This document shows, piece after piece, positions 1 through 11,770 of a DNA stretch of 64,000 nt. The notes under the pieces are model-generated. The model worked only from the letters and a program-made list of their open reading frames with translations, was not told the origin of the DNA and searched no databases. The position numbers and the translations under genes were made by a program. Source of the DNA: Eledone cirrhosa (lineage: Eukaryota); contig OZ024750.1 in assembly GCA_964016885.1 (NCBI GenBank), positions 52,266,001-52,330,000 on the forward strand, read 5' to 3'. Each line of letters begins with the position of its first letter. Position 1 is the stretch's first letter.

Positions 1-347
1 TAGGCATCTCTAACAAAATTCACCCCCGTCCCACCCCATCCACACCGCCCCCTTCAATGCAAAGTTATGTTGGTGCCACAACATCCAGGCCGAAACAAAC
101 GAGATCGTGTAGGTGTCACGACAAAAAAACACAGTCCACGCTGTAATGTGACCGTGTAGGCAACACGGTAAAAACCTCCCAGCCCCACACTGTAAATGTG
201 GTTGGTGTTAGGAAGGGCATCCAGCTGTAGAAAACCCGCCAGACAGTCCTATGCGAGCAAGACAACCACTCTTGCCTCAAGTGGGAAAACCCCCGTCCAA
301 ACCCATGCAAGCGTGGAACAGGGACGTTAAACGATGATGATGATGAT
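1..347 (+). mobile_element. RTE LINE 3' UTR and (GAT)n tail; element extends off the window start
   Basis: Nearly identical to 63448-63801, which directly follows an RTE ORF stop; ends GGACGTTAAAC(GAT)n. Confidence 0.85.
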
Positions 348-906
348 ATATATATATATAAACACTTTAAAATACAGTTTTTATCTTTTGCCATCAAAAA
401 GGTTAAACTATTAGAAACATAGTGATTTGTATTTGAAAGTTTAACACTTTCATACATTTTAACTCTGGTATTCCTTATGAGTAAGTTGTCGCTGAGAGAT
501 GATGAATGTTTTGTAATCACTATTTTCTTCTTATTGTTGTTGTTGATTACATTGTATATTTATAGTCTGCTGTTTTATCTACAGACTCCAAATAATGACA
601 TTTTTAACCCTCTTGATTCCAAACAACCTGACACCACCCCTGCTTCTCTAATACACAGCTTATTATTCCCACCATTTTTACATACACTCCCTCCTCCCAT
701 TTCTGCATGGTTTAGACAAAACCTCTCCAGTCCAGCAAAATATTTGGATAAAAACATTACTTCATAATTTTGTGTAAGAACATTTATTAAACTGCTCCAT
801 ACACCAGCTTAAAAGTTTCTGATTTAAGCACAAGGCCAACAATTTGGGGAGAGGGGGAAAGTCGATTAAACTCAGAACATAAAGGGCTATAATTATATGC
901 TGCAAA

Positions 907-1098
907 GGGCGGTGGATTGGCAGTATCGGTAGAGGGTCGGACGCCATGCTTTGCAGCACAGTTACGTCCCTTTACGGATTGCGTTCAAATCTCGCCGAGG
1001 TTAACTTTGCCTTTCATCCTTATGGGGTCGATAAAATAAAGTACCAGTAATACACTGGGATAATTGCTGGCCTTGTGCCAACAGTAGAAACAATTATA
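907..1098 (+). mobile_element. tRNA-derived SINE, family A
   Basis: A-box-like TGGCAGTATCGGTAG, B-box GTTCAAATC, body CTTTGCCTTTCATCC..GGGGTCGATAAAATAAAGTACCAG, tail GGCCTTGTGCC..AGTAGAAAC; many copies in the window. Confidence 0.85.
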
Positions 1099-1640
1099 TG
1101 CTGCAAAGCATATTGTCCAATACTCAACCGATACTGCCAATCCACCAGCTTAATAATGAGAGTTTATTATGTTACTAAATCTTTCAAAATTCTTGATTTG
1201 AAAATATGATGCAGCCATTTTTCTTGTGTGCAGAATGGTTAAGCCATAATTCTAAAAACTTCACATCACTGTTTAGAAATATCCCACCTTGTTACCTATG
1301 AGCTGCTTATTTTGAAGGGTTTATATTTATCTAAAAACCTTCAATCATTATTTTATATATAAGAACCTTTGTTGTGTTCCAAACACCAGTTTAATAATGG
1401 GAAAGTTAGTTACTAAATTATAGCAAATTATGTTATTATTCAAAATAAGTATAGGAAGTGGATTATATTAGGAATATGGTAATGAAAGGGTTTCAAAAAA
1501 AGAATTGACTATATAAATGAACACATTCCAATAGCATCAGGTCAATTATACTTCTGTAATTTTAACCCAGGGATTTTTATTTCAAACAATAAATAAAATA
1601 CCATATTACTAAATATATATTGAGGTATATATTTCAGCCA

Positions 1641-2011
1641 TTATTAGTTATCAGTATGTTGGAAATATAAGAAGGGAGATATACCCCCCCCCCCCCCCCA
1701 AAAAAAACATTTTTTTTTCCTTTGGTTACTTTACACCTGTTTAAAATACTATATATATATATATATATATTATTTGTTTCTACTTTTGGCACAAGGCCAG
1801 CAAATATATCCCAGTGCATTACTGGTACTTTATTTTATCAGTAATGCACTGGGATAATTGCTGGCCTTGTGCCAAAAGTAGAAACAAATATTAATATATA
1901 TAGTATTTTAAACAGGTGTAAAGTAACCAAAGGAAAAAAGTTTTTTTGGGGGGGAGGGTGGGGGTTATCTTTCCCTTCTTATATTTCCAACATACTGATT
2001 AATATTAATAA
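1641..2011. repeat. Long inverted repeat (~180-bp arms, 14-bp spacer)
   Basis: Arms 1641-1824 and 1839-2011 are reverse complements apart from homopolymer/TA-run lengths; the ORF track shows the same peptide on both strands (PKVETN..YSILNRCKVTKGKK). Confidence 0.9.
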
Positions 2012-2600
2012 CAGAATAGACAGAGCAAAACACGCAGATTTTTATCAACTCAACAACCCAAAACACAGAACCACAAACAATACCTTACCATATGTATCCA
2101 CGTTCAACCCCGGAAACACCAAAATGTTCAACCTCCTACACAAAAACCTCCCCATTCTATTTAAAGATGAAAAAATAGAAAAAATTTTAGAAACACACAA
2201 GGTCATTAAAAGTAAAAGGCAACCCAGATCACCCAGAAACACATTCTCACTGGAACAAAGATACACAAACCTATCTCTAACCTTACAGTAACAAAGTGTG
2301 GAAGAACAAACTGTGGCACATTTAAAGATGGCCAAACTTTCGCAGTGAGAAATAACTTCACTTGCAACTCAGAGAACCTGATCTATGTAATCAGTGCAGT
2401 GGCTGTCGACATAACTACATAGGGTTGACAACTGTGTCATTACGCAAGAGAATGACCATCCATTACCAAATCTCCTTAAGTTGTCACATTGCAGGAATAA
2501 CACTACCCAACTTTAAAATCTTCACCCTTTATAAGTGCTTCGATTCTTCCACACAACAACAAAGAATAAATAAAGAAAAACTATTTATTAACAGATTTAA

Positions 2601-3874
2601 CCCTTTCGTTACCATATTTCTGACCAAAATACACCCCTTATGTGTTTCAATTAATTTCTAACATAATCATAAATTTAGTCTGGTTTCATTAAACAACTTT
2701 AACTTTTTTATTTATCAACATATTATGATTTTTGCAAGAAATTTTAACGAAAGGTTCTCAACCAATTCTTTTCCATAATTTTTGTCTCAAAGTGACTCTA
2801 ATTACAGGTAAATACAGGTAAATTCAACAAAATATGAAATTATTTAAATTTTGTTCAAACATCGCTATAGAAAATGGGTTATTAGCTAATATTCAATTGG
2901 GTATACAACAAAATTTTACTATAGAAGAGTTGTGCACATTACTGGATTTATCAGGTGAATTTAAACACATAAAAGACAGGTGTACCGTAAAGGTATAAAT
3001 AAAACGAAAGACTGGAATTTGTCTGTGAAGAAAACTAGAAAACAAAATACACACACACCATCAACTAGATTAAATAAGCTCTCCCACATACATAGATACG
3101 CAGAAATATACAATAATGATTTACAAAAGAAATTAATCAAAACTTAGGTGAATTAAAATAACAGGTAAATTAAAATTACACAAATAAAAATAAAAACGAA
3201 GTAAATTTGAAAATATTAATAAAATCAAATTACACATATATACAAATCAAACAATATTCCTATCATGAAAACTTGTAAAGCACCCTGCTCTACATCATGC
3301 AACCTTGCAGAATGCACATTGGAAAGTTGTTTCAACAGACCTTCCACTTAGGAGCTTTCCTTTTTTTGATGAAGGCATTCACGACGCTGCCTTTTGCGAC
3401 CCTCGTTTTTTTTTTTTGTTTTTTTTTTTTTTTCTCTCTCTAATTTATGGAGATCGGCTGAATTCAGAGGGATATCCCTCTGGCAGGGTTTGTTTTTTTC
3501 TCCCTACAGTCATTTTTTTTTAGGAATAACCGGCTCTTAATTGTGTTGCTATATCTGCTTGGAACTGCAGATGGTCGCATTGCTTTCGAGCCGGTCCCGA
3601 TTTGGTATATAGTATAAATGCATTAGTAATACTCATATTTACTATATACCAAACCAGGTATCGCCACCATTTATTCCCTGATCTGCCAACTGGATAATAA
3701 GACATCTGATTCATCCGATCTACACCACCCATGTACCTGTTATAATTGAGATTCACAAATGGGGTGCCATTTTCATCCACATGTGGCCCTGCACAGGTAG
3801 AGAGAAAATTGATCTGCCTCTTATCTCTGTATGCAGTCGCTAGCAAATTTCCTTTCTGCCATTGAATTATTTCA

Positions 3875-3914
<40 letters not shown>

Positions 3915-5078
3915 TTTTTTATATCCAACGGCGGTCCTTTTCTACTAGCGACCACTGTAGCACATGTATGTGTTGCCACAGTATCTAAATTCTCCGCAAG
4001 TTTGACCGAACTGAAAAACCGGTCAAAAAATAATATACGGCCCTGGTTATGGTATGAAAGTGATAAATTCCAGACCACATCATACCGTAGGCCATGCTGA
4101 CTTACATAATTGTCTCTTTTGTCAATATAAAATTCAAATCCACTGTTTTATATGCGTTTTAAACAGTCAATGAGGGGTCTTATTTTAAATAAGGGATCAT
4201 AGTTTGGTTCTCCACGTACTGGTGTACTGCTCGGGTCTCTTACATTTTTGCGTCAATTTTAAAAACCGTGTCCTCGTCATTATACTTGAGACATATCCGT
4301 CTCCAAAGGGTTCATCGCTACTCCAGTAATTTGTAATTCTGGGTAGCTTTCTAATGCCCATAATAATATTTATGGCAAAATAAGCTCTAATTTCATTTAA
4401 GCTTGTGGGAAACCACAAACTATCCTTTTTTTTTTTTTGCTTTGTTTACTTTCAGCGTAACGGTTTGTTTCCGCCGTAATGATTTCAAACAAGCTCAGAG
4501 GAAAAAGTAAAAGGAAATAGTCTAAAGCTTTGCTCTCCTGGGATAGACTGTGACTTGGTCCAGTTTCTTCACAAAAATCACTGAAAGTTTTTAAATTTTT
4601 ACTCCATTCAGGTGCCAATTCATTTTCTTTATCGCTGTCATCGGAGCTCTCGGATTCACTGTTTTCACTTTCGTAAAATTAAACATCGGATTAGTTAACA
4701 AATACCACGTGCTTTTTTTTTTTTTCTGTTATAGAGTTAGATTTTTCAAGGTCTTCAGTGGAAAATCCTTCGAATTCTGACTCACTGCTTGACGGAATGA
4801 AATTGGTATCCATTTTTTGTCAGAATTACAAATTTTCAAAACACAACAGGAACAAATTTGGAAAAAAATCTCCCAAAATTCACATAATTAAAATAACACG
4901 TCGATCGTTGTCCAAAACTGTAGCTCAATTGTTTACGCAGTATAAGCACGTGTTTTCACGAATGTACTAACGAGATTTGCTCTGATATTCTCATTTAAAT
5001 ATGTGTGAGTACGGGCCGTTTTGGGCCGCTTGGTCACATGAACCAAAATCTTTTTTGGGCGGTTTGGTAACGAAAGGG
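2601..5078 (-). mobile_element. piggyBac DNA transposon with degenerate PGBD4-like transposase
   Basis: TTAA TSDs at 2597-2600 and 5079-5082; perfect 14-bp TIR CCCTTTCGTTACCA; minus-strand fragments SESEFEGFS, YFLLLFP..ITAETNRYA, YWS..IMTRTRF, FFDRFFSS, YNRYMGGVDRMNQ..KWWR, C-terminal CAFC..C..CF..FH; many stops and frameshifts. Confidence 0.95.
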
Positions 5079-5614
5079 TTAAACCAAAATTAAATATGTA
5101 ATCACTCCCATTAGAGTCTCTCTCCCTCCCCCCCCCCCCCCATGCACGCACGAACGAAGTAAGAAAGAAATTGCTCATACATATTTTCCAAAAATTCCAC
5201 CACAAACAAACCTGTGACAGACTGAGGCACACACACACCCATCCTCTTTAAAAAACCATATTCCAAAAATAGAATTTCTTTTACAACCTTACTTTTGCCA
5301 ATCCCATTTACCTCCCTCACGCAGAGATTTTGTCTCTAGCTTACATTTCCCCTCTCGCCACCCTCATTTGACCTCTTGACTAGTCAATTAACACAATTGA
5401 GATACACACACATATTTACAGAAAATCTCAATCTCCCTAAAAACAATTTTGTTCTTTGTGAAAAAACAACTATCACCACCACCACCACTGCTACTGCTAC
5501 TACCATGACTCTCTCTATACACGAGATTCCATTTTTCCAATCTTCTCAACAAGATCAAAAAAGTTACCTCAACACTTAATTTTAAATCTTTAATTTTTAA
5601 TTGTAATACTCAAC

Positions 5615-5656
5615 ATTTGATAAGATGGATTTTACTAATACATCGAAACCGGTAAT
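5615..5656 (+). ncRNA. Minimal type I hammerhead motif, U3:A8 core variant, at PLE 3' end
   Basis: au-UUGAUAA-GAUG(13 nt)CAUC-GAAA-CCGG-UA-au; palindromic ACCGGU helix III; helix I only 2 bp. Confidence 0.55.
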
Positions 5657-5821
5657 ACTTTATATATTTTATATGCATTATAAAACTCTTTTAAAAAAAG
5701 AAATTTCCCTCTCATTTTTTCAATGTCACTTTGACGAATCAAAGAAAGGAAAAAAAGAAAAACTGATCCTTTAAATATATTTTCCATGCTATTTCCAATT
5801 TCACGCCCCTCTCTCTCTCTC

Positions 5822-6150
5822 TCATGAAGACCCAACTTCCCAAGGGAACAAGCAAAAGCAGAGACAATATGCCCCATCCCCTCGCACTGCAAAGTGGTCG
5901 TGGAGGTGTCACGACAAAAAAGCACCCAGCCCACACTGTAAAGTGGTCGTGTAGGCGCCATGGAAAGAAAGCACCCATCGCTAACTGTAAATGATGTTGG
6001 TGTTAGGAAGGGCATCCAGCTGTAGAAATCAAGCCAAAATCAGTTCCTGTATGAGCAAGACAAGGTCAGCCGACCTAACATTACCCACAACAGGACAACC
6101 CGTCTAACCCATGCTAGTGTGGAAGAAGAGACTAAAACGGTGATGATGAT
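5822..6150 (+). mobile_element. RTE 3' UTR/tail fragment
   Basis: Repeated AAAAAGCACCCA..CACTGTAAA modules, GTTAGGAAGGGCATCCAGCTGTAGAAA, (GAT)n tail; related copy at 18215-18530. Confidence 0.8.
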
Positions 6151-6156
6151 ATATAT

Positions 6157-6289
6157 ATATAATGAAAATAAAAAGTTACGGGCGAAAGAGGGTAATATCC
6201 ATCATCAGTTGTCTGCTAGAGGATTCCTAGCAAACAACTGATGATGGGTATTACTCTCTTTCGCCTGTAACTTTTTATTTTCATTATAT
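6157..6289. repeat. Short palindromic element (~63-bp arms) in TA-rich site
   Basis: AATGAAAATAAAAAGTTAC..CATCATCAGTTG / CAACTGATGATG..GTAACTTTTTATTTTCATT; 7-bp spacer. Confidence 0.85.
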
Positions 6290-6421
6290 TTAATTGCAAC
6301 CACACAGCCCGCCATTTTATTCATATATATATATAGTAATAATAATAAATTTGAAGACTAAAATCCAAAGAGGGCTCGATAAGGATAAATATATATCAAA
6401 TATATAAGAACCGTAGAGCAA

Positions 6422-6653
6422 ATATTTATTAAAATAACAGATTAAAGTTTAAGCAAAGAATCGCTGCTTTCACCCTTAACGGGATCTTCTGAAACTAACA
6501 AAGTATTGTCTTCCTGTCTTCCTCCGGTTGCAACGTTTTTTGAAATATCCAGTTCTGCGTTTACAGATTGACTTTGTTAGTTTCAGAAGATCCCGTTAAG
6601 GGTGAAAGCAGCGATTCTTTGCTTAAACTTTAATCTGTTATTTTAATAAATAT
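6422..6653. mobile_element. Palindromic element with perfect 83-bp arms, each carrying an HHR-like motif
   Basis: Arms 6422-6504 and 6571-6653 are exact reverse complements; followed by (TA)n. Confidence 0.85.
6579..6629 (+). ncRNA. Hammerhead-like motif, CAGAAGA (U4A) core; mirror copy on minus strand 6446-6496
   Basis: AGUUU-CAGAAGA-U.CCC(guuaa)GGG.U-GAAA-GCA(9 nt)UGC-UU-AAACU; all three helices pair; AATAAA ~15 nt downstream. Confidence 0.55.
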
Positions 6654-6666
6654 ATATATATATATA

Positions 6667-6853
6667 ATTGTTTCTACTTTAGGCACAAGGCCAGCAACTA
6701 CCCAGTACATTACTGGTACTTTATTTTATCGACCCCGTAAGGATGAAAGGCAAAGTTAACCTCGGCGGGATTTGAACTCAGACTGTAAAGGGACGTAACT
6801 ATGCTAGAAAGCATGGCGTCCAACCCTCTACCGATACTGCCAATTCACCGCCC
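6667..6853 (-). mobile_element. tRNA-derived SINE, family A
   Basis: Reverse complement of the 907-1098 type, full length. Confidence 0.85.
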
Positions 6854-6860
6854 TATATAT

Positions 6861-7444
6861 AATAATAAGGGTTTAGATCGATGTCCTGTGATTATGATCT
6901 TATTGTTTACAATTTGCTCAACAAATTCGTTTGGAGCATACGCAAAGAAGTAATTGTATCGACAGATTAACATATGAAAACTTTTAAGTTCCCATAGTTT
7001 CGTCAATTGAAACAGCCAGTATCCTTGTTTAGCACACACAAATTCGCCTAAGCTGGTACTGTTTCAAATCCCTTGAAAAATCTGCTGGTCATCGATTAAT
7101 AATAAATCAATAACCAACAAGTTCCGGACGAAGGAATTGCCAACAGTCCTACGGAGGATCAGCGAAATTCAACCTTAATACTAAATCTTTAGGTCAGTGA
7201 TTGTATCCCATGTGTGGCATTAACTGCTATTCTGTCAACGAATGACAGTAGCTGTGGCAGACTGGCTGGGGTTGGTGTTAATGCTTAAAGGCAGCATGGC
7301 GTCACCAATATGGAGCACTCGACTATTAAAGAAAAAATTTGGTGAGTTAATTATAATAATAATAATAAGGGTTTAAATTGATATCCTGTGATTTCGATCT
7401 TGTTTACAATTTGCTCAACAAATTCATTTGGAGCATTCACAAAA
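6861..7444. repeat. ~500-bp unit with ~85-bp terminal direct repeats
   Basis: AATAATAAGGGTTTA..TGTTTACAATTTGCTCAACAAATTC.TTTGGAGCAT at 6861 and 7361. Confidence 0.75.
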
Positions 7445-8183
7445 GTGTGTTGTATGTGTGTATCACCATCGTTTGACGTCCATCTGCCACAGTAGGGTCT
7501 CGGGCAGGTTTTCTACGGCTGGATGCCCTTCCTAACACCAACCACTTTTACAGTGAGGACTGAGAGCCTTCTTACCGTGTCTCCTACACGACCACTTTAC
7601 AGTGTGGACTGAGTGCTTTTTGTTGTGTCACTGACACAGTGGACAGAAATGGGAAGGTGGGGTGGAGTGTATATTGGGTGCCTAGTGACTAGGTTTGTAT
7701 GTAAGGGAAGGTGGATCTTCTGTGTGTGTGTGTATAGTAAACTGGCAACAACCTTAGAACGTCAGACAGAATGCTTATTTGTTCCAGTTCTCTGTGCTGC
7801 CAATGTCAACTTTGTCATTCATCCTTTTGGTGGCTATTAAAAAATAACTACTATTCAATTACTGGAGTTGATTCTTCCTCTATATCACTTTTTTAATTCA
7901 CTTCTCTATGCTTCCCTCTTCCTCTGGGAGAAATGAACTATATTCGGAGCTGGTGATGGTTGGGCTCTGTTTTTAAAAAGAATGCCCAAGGCATGCCATG
8001 TGTATGATGGCATCTCTATGACTCCATATTACAGGTCCATACTTACACACATACATATGTGTGTAATTTGAATAGATTTGAGGGTTTAAAACTAATTTTT
8101 CAGTGCAGGCAGAATATAAATTGTCTGCACTGAAAAATGAATTTCCAAGTGTTTTGTCTGTTAGTACCTCTGAATATCCAATG

Positions 8184-8513
8184 TTTCATTTCATTTTACG
8201 TCCGCTTTTCCCTGCTTGCAAGGGTGGGACGGGAACTGATTCTGGCTTGATTTTTACAGCTGGATGCCCTTCCTAACACCAACCTCATTTACAGTGAGTG
8301 CTGGGTGCTTTTTTTCCGTGGCACCTCCACAACCACTTTGCAGTGGAATAAGGACCCCAGTCCCTATCATCTCATTTCTACAGCTGAGTAAACTGGAGCA
8401 TTGTGAAATAAAGTGTCTTGCTCAAGGAAACAACACATTACCCAGTCTGAGAATTGAACTCACAACCTTTCGATTGCAAGGCCAATGCTCTAACCACTAA
8501 GCCATATGCCTCC
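8184..8513 (-). mobile_element. tRNA-derived SINE, family B (RTE-type 3' tail)
   Basis: tRNA head GGAGGC..TGGCTTAGTGGTTAGAG..GAGTTCAATTC, core CCTTGAGCAAGACACTTTATTTCAC, tail shared with RTE 3' UTR; copies at 21516-21834 and 61081-61408. Confidence 0.85.
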
Positions 8514-8853
8514 ATTCAGATTGCTTATTCAGCACAAAAATATTTTTAACAATAAGTAATATTTCTACTGCCAACACCACCACCATGAACAACTAAAACT
8601 GTGGCATCATTGATAATTGATCAGGCAGTCTCTCACAAGTTTGGCTCTGTCCGAAGTGGTCGCAACTTGCGAACCCATGAGGGGGTAAAGGGAGAAAAGG
8701 AGAAGAGGAGGAATAAAAAGATGAGCAATTTTATAATTTCTGAACTTCTAAGGGGAAAAAAAATTTAAAGGACATTTTATGTTGAAATATCTAAGAAAGA
8801 TACTTCAAATAGTCTTCACTGACAAATGAATTTCAAAATATTTTTGTCAACAC

Positions 8854-8855
<2 letters not shown>

Positions 8856-8906
<51 letters not shown>
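8856..8906. repeat. (TG)n microsatellite
   Basis: Direct inspection. Confidence 0.95.
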
Positions 8907-8909
<3 letters not shown>

Positions 8910-9604
8910 TGAGTGTATATGTATTTTAAATTGGTAACACACATGGATAGGCTTTTGATGTAAATAGGAATTACAGAGTACCTGTAAATTGTGACTTTAT
9001 TTTATCAACCTTGGAAGGATGGAAGGCTGAGTTGATCTCAGTAGGGTTTGAACTTGTTTTAATTAAATGCTGCAAAGGATTTTGTCCTGTACTCTAATGA
9101 TTCTGCCAAATACATTGCCATGATGATGATGATAATTGGATCAGCAAGAATTATCTGGAAAATCATTGACACAAAATAACTTGTATGGAACAAATATGGA
9201 AGGACCTTGTTAGGAACATTTCTTATTCTAAAGCAAGTGTTGTGGTCCTATAGGAAGTGTACTTATACTGGTCACAACATAAATACCATTTAATGATAAT
9301 GGTTTTATTTTATTGACCCTGTAAAGATGAAAGGCAAAACAAACCTTGGTGGGATTTGAACTCAGAATGTAAAAGAAAGTATCGGTAGCATGTCCAACAT
9401 TTTACCGATACTGCTAATAATAATAACAATGACATCAATATAAGATATTATTTAATGTCTTTCGTTTTACTTTTGTAGCACATTCCGGCATAGTTTGGTC
9501 TGCACAATGCCATCCAACAGAATCGGAACAGTTTGTTTCTTGTTCACAGGTAAGAAATCTTATATTTTTTTTTTTTTTGCCTTTAAATTCCATTTTTTTA
9601 ATCT

Positions 9605-10042
9605 TCAAAGATGTTCCAACTCTGATCATTCTGTCTTTAATCCCAGCTCAGCACTGATCTAGCCGAGCTAAGATCAAAGATGTTCCAACTCAGATCATTC
9701 TGTCTTTAATCCCAGCTCAGCACTGATCTAGCTGAGCTATGATCAAAGATGTTCCAACTCAGATCATTGTCTTTAATCCCAGCTCAGCACTGATCTAGCT
9801 GAGCTATGATCAAAGATGTTCCAACTCAGATCATTCTGGCTTTAATCCCAGCTCAGCACTGATCTAGCCAAGCTATGATCAAAGTTGTTCCAACTCTGGT
9901 CATTCTGTCTTTAATCCCAGCTCAGCACTGATCTAGCTGAGCTATGCTCAAAGATGTTCCAACTCTGATCATTGTCTTTAATCCCAGCTCAGCACTGATC
10001 TAGCCGAGCTATGATCAAAGGTGTTCCAACAGTGATCATCCT
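9605..10042. repeat. 67-69-bp minisatellite, ~6 copies
   Basis: Unit TCAAAGATGTTCCAACTCAGATCATTCTGTCTTTAATCCCAGCTCAGCACTGATCTAGCTGAGCTATGA. Confidence 0.95.
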
Positions 10043-11514
10043 GACATTTATATAAACATACCAACACCTTGGTTTCTGGATTATATCATATACTAAATCT
10101 CAAACTATATTATCCAATGTGCCTAATGTTTTTTTTTAAAGACTGAAGTTTGAGTTGAGTAAGATTTAGCTGTTATTTCTAGCTGGTGTTGATACTGGTC
10201 TCTATTTGCAAGGTGACTATAAAGGCTTCCATCATTGAGCATCTTTATTAACATATTTAGTATCTGTAGTTCAGTATTTCCCAGAGTGGCTTCTGAAAAA
10301 TAAGTGTCTTTTAATAAGTTATATATATATTGCTGGATGCCTTATCACTTTACAGAGAGGTTGAAAGGTTGTCTGCCAGGATTTAACTGTTTTCTCCACA
10401 TTTTATTTTTTCAAGTCATTGCACTCCTACTACAGCTTATGGAGTCCACAATTCTTCCATGCATTTGTTCAAAGTGACTGCTCTCTTAGACAGAGTGGTG
10501 AGAATTGTCTGTAAAATATAGATATGGCCTCTGCAGATTTTTGGAAGTTTGTATAAGGGTTCAAAATAAATTTAGGCACCACTTCTCTAGTATAAGAGGA
10601 TCAACATCATTGACCCCTTAGTACTTTACATTTAAAAGAATATATATGTATTTTACACCTTTACAATATTGTCTCCTATAATCCACCCTCTCACTAATCA
10701 GCAGTGCCTCTCTTATATAAGACCTAGTATGTTGACAGTTGAGAAAATACCTATTGTATTGTCATAGTTGTAAAAAATCTAATTGTGGCTGGTATTAAGG
10801 AGTGGCAGTCTCTCCTGCAACCACCAACAACAGCAATCCATTGATTCATAAAAGTACTTTCTGATATTTGTAGTAATAGTAGTAGAAGGTTTAGTTGTCT
10901 TCCTACCAGGTTGTATATCTTGGGTGTTTAATAATTGAAACCCCAGTCCTATCATGAAAATACCTGTTCTGGACTGGTTGATTACCAATCTGTTGCAGGG
11001 GTTATCCCTCAGTTGTTACTACTGCTGGTACTCATTTACTTTCATCTGAATGGAGAGAAGCAACATGAAATGAAGTGTCTTGCTCAAGGACTCAATGTGC
11101 TACCCACCCTGTCCAACACTGTACCTAACCACTAGTAACTGCATAGTTTTTTTTTTGTTTTTGTTTTTTTATGAATGGAATGTGTGTGGGTGTTTTTAAA
11201 GTAAATAAGAGCTGAAAGGAACCAGTGACTTGTATTTATTTAAACTTGTTAAACGACAACGACAATGACATAATAGCTTTAATGTTGTGTAACACTGAGA
11301 AAACATAGTGTTAGTCGGTCATTTATTAGTGTCACTAAATCTTGATTATTTGACCTAATTTTCTTGAAATTTCTTTTCTGAATTAAACCATATTTTCAGA
11401 GATATTTTTTTCTACAAAACCTGTTTAATAATATATTTGTTATCCTGTGTAAAATATAGGAGTTAAACCTGAAGCTCATTGTCATTGTCATCATTTAATA
11501 TACATTTTCCCTGG

Positions 11515-11770
11515 CTACAAGTGTTGGACATGTTGGTACTTAGACAATGTTATTGACCTCTCTGATAGGTTGGAGGACATATCTCATTTATATTACAAGG
11601 GTTGGACAGGTAGCCACAGACCAGGTTGGTACTTATTTGCAGCTACTCACCTTTAGGCTGGAAGACACATCTCACTTATGTTACAAGGGTTGGACAGGTC
11701 ACCACAGACCAAGTCGGTACTTAGTCACAACAACTCACCTCTGATAGGTTGGAGGACACAACTCACATGT
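11515..11770. repeat. Degenerate ~80-90-bp tandem repeat, ~3 copies
   Basis: Recurrent ACAAGGGTTGGACAGGT..GGTACTTA..ACCT..AGG.TGGA.GACA. Confidence 0.7.

Larger units (their letters stand above)
2010..5750 (+). mobile_element. 5'-truncated Penelope-like retroelement (linker + GIY-YIG endonuclease + 3' region), split by a piggyBac insertion
   Basis: LPYVSTFNP..KSKRQP, TKCGRTNCGT, FTCNSENLIYVI, CSGCRHNYIGLT..LRKRMTIH, KEKLFINRF|KPKLNM* rejoins across the TTAA at 2597/5079; frameshifted; HHR motif at 5615. Confidence 0.85.

Noticed and set aside
116-520. Recurrent ORFs containing MPFLTPT.FTV (also 5635, 8264, 18217, 21601, 63512)
   Set aside because: Antisense translations of the RTE/SINE 3' tail, not a gene family
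907-990. tRNA genes at SINE heads
   Set aside because: A/B boxes are present but there is no cloverleaf, and they continue into SINE bodies
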